In this document: positions 5,447-10,622 of the stretch, one piece after another
Position numbering within the stretch: the stretch's first letter is position 1
How the letters are laid out: each line of letters opens with the position of its first letter
Assembly (NCBI GenBank): GCA_049599475.1
Contig: JBMYOQ010000111.1
Location: 1 to 10,622 of the forward strand
Direction of reading: 5' to 3'
From: Opitutales bacterium
GTDB taxonomy: Bacteria > Verrucomicrobiota > Verrucomicrobiia > Opitutales > JABSRG01
DNA length: 10,622 bases
Notes under the pieces: generated by a model
Database searches by the model: none
The model's input: only the letters and a program-made list of their open reading frames with translations
Told to the model about the DNA's origin: nothing
Position numbers and translations under genes: made by a program

Positions 5447-7666
5447 ATGAACTCGATATTTTGGTTGGCCCCGGCCTCCGGAATCGTTGCGCTTGGATTT
5501 GCTGGGATGTTTTTTAAGAACATGCTTAGCTCCGATTCCGGCAACGATACGATGCGTGAAATTGCGCAATATGTGCGGCAAGGTGCGAGCGCTTATTTGA
5601 GGCAACAATGCAAGGTGCTGCTGGCAGTCATGGGAGTCTTTACGGTGCTGTTCGCGGTATTGGCCTATGGCTTAAAGGTGCAGAGTCCGTGGCTTCCTAT
5701 TACCTTTGTGAGTGGTGGCTTGTTTTCCGCACTCGCTGGGTTCTTTGGAATGCAGACTGCCACCTTGGCCTCGCCGCGCACAGCGGCTGCTGCTCAGAAG
5801 GGCTTAGGTGAGGCGTTAACGGTAGCGTTTAGAAGTGGCGCCGTGATGGGGCTGGTGGTCGTAGGCCTTGGTTTGTTGAATGTATCGTTTTGGTTTTATG
5901 TGATCAATATGTTTACCTCGGGTGAGAATGAGTCTTATCGTATGGTGATGGTCACTACAACTGCGCTTACTTTCGGGATGGGGGCTTCTTTGCAGGCCTT
6001 GTTTGCCCGTGTCGGAGGTGGGATCTTTACGAAGGCTGCAGATGTGGGTGCTGATCTGGTAGGTAAGGTGGAAGCCGGAATACCTGAGGATGATCCGCGG
6101 AACCCAGCAACGATTGCAGACAATGTCGGCGATAATGTCGGCGATGTCGCTGGTATGGGTGCTGATTTGTTTGAATCCTATTGTGGGTCGATTTTGGCCG
6201 CTGCAGCCTTGGGTGCTGCGGCATACGTGACGGCAGATCCATCGATGCAGTTGAAGGCTGTTTTGGCGCCTATGCTGATCGCAGCGGTTGGTATTTTGCT
6301 CTCGATCATCGGGGTCTATTTCGTGAAGACGAAGGAGGATGCCAGTCAAAAAGACCTCTTACATTCTCTCTCCAAGGGTATCGATTTGAGTTCGGTCCTG
6401 ATTGTTGCGGCGTCTTTTGGAATCCTGTTTTTGCTACGGATCGGCAACTACATCGGCATTTGGGGATCCGTCGTGGTCGGCCTGGCGACTGGCATCGTGA
6501 TAGGCAAAGTCACCGAGTATTATACCTCTAGTTCTTTCAAGCCCACTCAGGAGATTGCGAAGCAGTGTGCTGGAGGATCAGCCACGGCAATTATCTCTGG
6601 TACATCCGTGGGTATGCTGTCTACAGCTATTCCCGTCTTAGCCGTGGCGGTGGGCACCTCGTTGGCTTTTCTGTGCGCGATCGGTTTCGATATCGCGGGA
6701 ATGCAGTCGGGTGAGAAATTGGGCATTGGCCTTTATGGGATCGCCATAGCGGCGGTCGGTATGCTGTCTACTTTAGGTATTACCCTAGCCAGTGATGCTT
6801 ATGGACCCATCGCCGATAATGCGGGCGGTAACGCTGAAATGAGTGGACTCCAGCCGGAAGTTCGTAAGCGGACGGATGCCTTGGATTCTCTCGGTAATAC
6901 GACTGCGGCGACAGGTAAGGGCTTTGCGATAGGTTCAGCGGCCCTTACGGCTCTGGCGCTCCTTGCATCCTATGTCGAAGTTATTCGGGCTGAGCTGATA
7001 GGGGCGGGTAAAGTAGAGCTCGATCTCGGGCATGATTATGTGGTCGCCACAGCCAGCGCGAGCCTCGTCGATTTCATGGCTTTCTTCAATGTTACCCTGC
7101 TTAATCCGATCGTTCTGATTTCGGTCTTTCTGGGAGCTATGGTGGCCTTCTATTTCTGTGGTTTGACGATCCAAGCCGTGGGTCGGGCTGCGTCAGAAAT
7201 GGTGGACGAGGTGCGGCGTCAGTTTAAGGCAAAGCCGGGTATCATTAAGGGCTGGGAAAAGCCTGATTACGCGCGTTGCGTGGCGATCTCGACACTGGGA
7301 GCGCAGCGGGAAATGCTTGTGCCTTCGATCGTTGCGGTAGCGGCTCCAGTAGTGATTGGATTGGTCATGGGGGTCGCGGGCGTTATAGGTCTCTTGGTCG
7401 GCGGCTTATCGACCGGCTTTGTATTGGCTGTCTTCTTGGCGAACTCTGGGGGTGCGTGGGATAATGCTAAAAAATACATCGAGGAAGGACATTTCGGGGG
7501 CAAAGGGTCCGAGGCGCACAAGGCCGCGGTGACTGGGGATACAGTGGGTGATCCCTTTAAAGATACATCGGGTCCTAGTCTCAATATCCTGATTAAGCTG
7601 ATGAGTATTGTGGCTATTGTGATGGCTGGAGTGACCGTGTCCTATGGATTGATGGCCGTGATATGA
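5447..7666 (+). CDS. hppA: Membrane-integral ion-pumping pyrophosphatase, K+-dependent type, probably Na+-translocating
   Basis: [78 protein letters not shown] (Ala marks the K+-dependent type), [33 protein letters not shown]; many hydrophobic segments. Confidence 0.97.
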   Translation: MNSIFWLAPASGIVALGFAGMFFKNMLSSDSGNDTMREIAQYVRQGASAYLRQQCKVLLAVMGVFTVLFAVLAYGLKVQSPWLPITFVSGGLFSALAGFFGMQTATLASPRTAAAAQKGLGEALTVAFRSGAVMGLVVVGLGLLNVSFWFYVINMFTSGENESYRMVMVTTTALTFGMGASLQALFARVGGGIFTKAADVGADLVGKVEAGIPEDDPRNPATIADNVGDNVGDVAGMGADLFESYCGSILAAAALGAAAYVTADPSMQLKAVLAPMLIAAVGILLSIIGVYFVKTKEDASQKDLLHSLSKGIDLSSVLIVAASFGILFLLRIGNYIGIWGSVVVGLATGIVIGKVTEYYTSSSFKPTQEIAKQCAGGSATAIISGTSVGMLSTAIPVLAVAVGTSLAFLCAIGFDIAGMQSGEKLGIGLYGIAIAAVGMLSTLGITLASDAYGPIADNAGGNAEMSGLQPEVRKRTDALDSLGNTTAATGKGFAIGSAALTALALLASYVEVIRAELIGAGKVELDLGHDYVVATASASLVDFMAFFNVTLLNPIVLISVFLGAMVAFYFCGLTIQAVGRAASEMVDEVRRQFKAKPGIIKGWEKPDYARCVAISTLGAQREMLVPSIVAVAAPVVIGLVMGVAGVIGLLVGGLSTGFVLAVFLANSGGAWDNAKKYIEEGHFGGKGSEAHKAAVTGDTVGDPFKDTSGPSLNILIKLMSIVAIVMAGVTVSYGLMAVI

Positions 7667-7821
7667 TATCCCTAGACTGGGTTCCCGTTGAAACCATACT
7701 TCTCGTTCAAGATTCAGGGGAGGGCTGCATGTCCTCGACGGAGGCTTGCCGGAAATGGCGAAGCAATGGCGCTGCTTTAAGGGTGATGTTCGGGGATCAC
7801 TTATCTTCACATGACATCAAT

Positions 7822-7911
7822 AGGTAGTGCCCGTTGACCTAACGGGCATGAGCGCGTTAGCTCCGGCGGCTCAGGCCGAGTCATGTCGGTTGGGGTCAAC
7901 CGACGCTACCT
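7822..7911. repeat. Inverted doublet of GTAG-type REP elements (REPIN/BIME-like)
   Basis: Plus strand: AGGTAG-TGCCCGTT-GACCT-AACGGGCA-TGA (7822-7851). Minus strand from 7911: AGGTAG-C-GTCGGTTG-ACCC-CAACCGAC-ATGA. Each is GTAG followed by a perfect 8-bp hairpin. Confidence 0.75.
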
Positions 7912-7968
7912 TTATTCATCTCCAAAGATCATCTAGATTAAATTCACTGTTACCTGATCGCGAAATAC

Positions 7969-8001
7969 AAAAAGGCTGCCCCGTATATGGGACAGCCTTT
8001 T
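7969..8001. terminator. Bidirectional intrinsic terminator between convergent hppA and amtB
   Basis: AAAAAGGCTGCCCC-GTATAT-GGGACAGCCTTTT: GC stem with an A-tract on the left and a T-tract on the right, 44 nt beyond the amtB stop. Confidence 0.85.
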
Positions 8002-8045
8002 ATGTGCCTCTTTAACTTCCGATTTGGAAAGTTGAGTAGCCGTTA

Positions 8046-9416
8046 TTAGTCGGCGTATTGCTGGAAGTCGGCGTAGGCTTCGTTGCCGTGTTCGCCGATA
8101 TCGAGGCCTTCTTTCTCTTCTGCCTCATTGACACGGAGTCCGAGTGTTTTCTTGAGCAGGAAGAACAAGCCGAAGGTTGTGGCGAAGGTAAATGCAAAGA
8201 CGATTGCAACGCCGCTCACCTGGGGAATCAGCTGTGAAACGCCGCCGCCGAAGAAGAGGCCGTCTGAAATGGCGGTCTCGGCATCCCAGTATTGGATGTC
8301 GATTGAGCGTTGGCCGAAGAGGCCGACTGCGATCGTGCCCCAGGCACCACATACACCGTGGACGGATACCGCGCCGATTGGATCGTCTACCTTGAGCACA
8401 GTCTCGATAAAGAGTATGGAGAATACGACGACAACGCCGCCAATCAGGCCGATGATCAAGCTGCTGGTCGCGCTAACCGAGGCGCAACATGCTGTGATGG
8501 ATACGAGGCCTGCGAGAGCACCATTGATGCTCATGGACAGGTCTGGCTTTTTGAATTTAAACCAGGTGGTGAGTGTCGCGCCAATCGCGCCTGCGCCCGC
8601 AGCGAGTGTGGTTGTGACCGCTACGTGTGCTACACCGCCTACCATTGCTAAGGTAGATCCCGCATTGAATCCGTACCATCCGAACCACAGGATGAAGCCG
8701 CCAAGCATCGCGAGTGGCATATTGTGGCCAGGGATTGGGAGTGGCTTGCCTTCTGGGTCGAATTTACCCTTACGCGCACCGAGTAGAATCGCTCCGGAAA
8801 GGCCGGCCCAGGCTCCCACTGAGTGCACCACAGTGGAGCCTGCGAAGTCCCTCATTCCCATTCCTCCAAGGAAGCCTGTGCCGGACCATATCCAGTGCCC
8901 TGCAATCGGATAAATAAGTGCTGTAATGATTACTGAATACAGAATGTAGGCGAGAAACTTTGTGCGCTCTGCCATTGCTCCGGCCGCGATTGTGGCTGCA
9001 GTTGCGGCGAATACCGCTTGGAAGAGCCAGCCGGCGCTTTCTGAGTTGTTGGTGGCCTCGTTGGCGACGGACATCAGGAAGTAGTCACTGCTCCAGCCGA
9101 TGAACCCTGAGGAGTCTCCATACATGATCGCATATCCGATAAGGAAAAATCCGATACTTCCTAGGGAGAAGTCGAGGAGGTTCTTCATCATGATATTACA
9201 GGCGTTTTTCGCGCGTGTCATACCGCTTTCGAGCATGGCAAATCCTGCCTGCATGAAGAAGACAAGCGCAGCTGCCAGAAGTAGCCAAATAATGTCGCCG
9301 GTCTATTGGCTTATGCTGGCTACGGGCTCGGCTATCTCTTGTGCCTGCAGGTTGGAGCTAAATAAGAGCAATGAGAGCGTTGCCCAAATTTTGTGATTTC
9401 GTTTGTTTGATTTCAT
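8046..9416 (-). CDS. amtB: Ammonium transporter (Amt family) with an in-frame TAG at 9303-9305; possible pseudogene
   Basis: Motifs FFMQAGFAMLESG, FQAVFA, AMAER, DFAGSTVVH, LWFGWYGFNAGS, DDPIGAVSVHG, EE.EGLDIGEHG. The same frame extends upstream of the track ORF to ATG 9416: MKSNKRNHKIWATLSLLLFSSNLQAQEIAEPVASISQ*TGDIIWLLLAAALVFFMQAGF. Confidence 0.93.
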
Positions 9417-9449
9417 AGTTTGGAAGAGAGTTGTTTGCTGTAGGGGGGA

Positions 9450-10577
9450 TTAGTGGGCAAAGTGCTTTGTCTGCAGCTTGCGTTCGGCACAGATCAGAAA
9501 CGCGCGCTGCATAGACTGAAAGAGGGTGTCGGTGCGCGCGGCGTATTCTTGTTTTGAAATGTGCTCGAGTGCCTCATCGTCGATAGCGCGTGCACGAGCC
9601 TGAGGGTAAATTGAGCAGAGTTGATAAAGTGCATTACGTGCCACGTAGGGAATATCCTCAGGGCGGCTAGATAAGGCTGGTATTGAGATTTTGGGTATAT
9701 TGAGTGATTCGAATCTATGATCGGTAGGCTCGTCCGAACCCGATGTGATCAGGCTCACGATAATACGTAATTTGTTCTCTGGCTCTGAGGCATATTGGAG
9801 CAGGTTTTCCATGATTGCCCACTGTGCGTCATCGAAATTCTGCACGTTTTTTAGGAGCACGATAGAGACTTTGCCTTTGGCATTTTCAGCCTCTTTTTTG
9901 ATGTCACCACATATGGAGACGTCGAAGTCGTATTCATCGTAGACCGTTGGGAACAGGGCCTCTTGTTTGGTATCGCTGAATTCGTGGATTTCGCGTGCGC
10001 AGAATTCGAATTCGCAATCTGTTTCTCCGGTAAGAATAAAGGACGTTTGATCGCGCGAGAGCGTGCGCAGGGAGCTGTACACCGCGCGTATGCTAGCGCT
10101 TTCCCCGACAATATATTTAGGCTGAGGTCGGTAGTTGGGCTCGCTGAATGGTTTCTTCGTGTTGCTCTTGATCTTTTTGAGATCTACGAAGGTTGTCTCG
10201 GGGTCCTTTTTCTTAAACGGGAATGATGCAGTCTCGCCCAAGCTTCGCGTCTGTTGGGCAGACTCTGATATTACTTGTCTGAAGTCGCGGACGCGGTGTG
10301 GTTTTAGCCAGACGTGAATATTTGAGTCTTTTCGAAACCATTCGGGGGCTTCGGCACGATTGAATGCCACGACGATTTTGCTGCTCGAAAATTTCGATCT
10401 TATCTGATCGAGCCCTTTTTCTGAGAGAGTCTGGTCGCCCAGGGTGTCGGAAAGGATGAGGATCGAAGGTTCCTCTGAATTAGAGAGTTCGGGGCTCTGG
10501 AATTCATCAAAGGTGCTTACGTTAAAGCCCGATTCTCGTCCCAAAAGGCCTACCCGTGTTTTGATGATAGATGACAT
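9450..10577 (-). CDS. Degenerate sigma-54 enhancer-binding (NtrC-like) protein: receiver-like N-terminus plus AAA+-like domain, no Fis-type HTH
   Basis: IVGESASIRAVY...FILTGETDCEFEFCAREIH parallels IVG.S..M..V...VLI.GESGTGKE.VARAIH. LRIIVS parallels VRIIAA. ISIPALSSRPEDIPYV parallels I.LPPLRER.EDIP.L. IDDEALEHI parallels .S.EA...L. Confidence 0.7.
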   Translation of the reverse strand: MSSIIKTRVGLLGRESGFNVSTFDEFQSPELSNSEEPSILILSDTLGDQTLSEKGLDQIRSKFSSSKIVVAFNRAEAPEWFRKDSNIHVWLKPHRVRDFRQVISESAQQTRSLGETASFPFKKKDPETTFVDLKKIKSNTKKPFSEPNYRPQPKYIVGESASIRAVYSSLRTLSRDQTSFILTGETDCEFEFCAREIHEFSDTKQEALFPTVYDEYDFDVSICGDIKKEAENAKGKVSIVLLKNVQNFDDAQWAIMENLLQYASEPENKLRIIVSLITSGSDEPTDHRFESLNIPKISIPALSSRPEDIPYVARNALYQLCSIYPQARARAIDDEALEHISKQEYAARTDTLFQSMQRAFLICAERKLQTKHFAH

Positions 10578-10581
10578 GGGA

Positions 10582-10617
10582 GTTTATCGGGAACGCTGGA
10601 TGCGTATGCCGATAAAC
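10582..10617. promoter_or_regulatory. Inverted repeat immediately upstream of the NtrC-like gene start
   Basis: GTTTATCGG (10582-10590)-N18-CCGATAAAC (10609-10617); perfect 9-bp arms, 4 nt from the ATG. Confidence 0.45.
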
Positions 10618-10622
10618 AAGAT

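Noticed and set aside
5816..7810. Antisense and alternate-frame ORFs inside hppA (177, 116, 105, 134 aa)
   Set aside because: Shadows of a highly conserved gene, with no recognisable motifs.
8083..8913. 276-aa plus-strand ORF
   Set aside because: Antisense to amtB; Pro/Thr/Ala-rich composition typical of the reverse frame of a Gly/Val/Ala-rich membrane protein.
9417..9520. Sigma-54 (-24/-12) promoter for amtB
   Set aside because: No TGGCAC-N5-TTGC-like element found by eye upstream of amtB or in the 45 nt upstream of the NtrC-like gene.

Overview
Bacterial chromosomal window (possibly Verrucomicrobiota/Opitutia, inferred only from gene content) spanning the junction of an accessory region and core genes. 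Left, 1-3750, downstream of a tRNA-Arg(CCG): 5' part of a type I R-M hsdM (missed by the ORF track), a stop-interrupted remnant with a C-terminal wHTH, a RhuM-family gene, a class II Fic gene and a small GIY-YIG nuclease. hsdM and rhuM are each preceded by a copy of a 112-bp promoter-like repeat. The tRNA is preceded by a duplicate of its leader and 5' half, interrupted by a structured mini-insert. Right: a secreted alpha/beta hydrolase, a K+-dependent membrane pyrophosphatase (hppA), a structured intergenic region (rod-like fold, GTAG-REP doublet, bidirectional terminator), an amtB with an in-frame TAG between its signal peptide and TM1, and a degenerate NtrC-like sigma-54 activator homologue probably co-transcribed with amtB. 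All alignments and folds were done by eye and no database searches were run.
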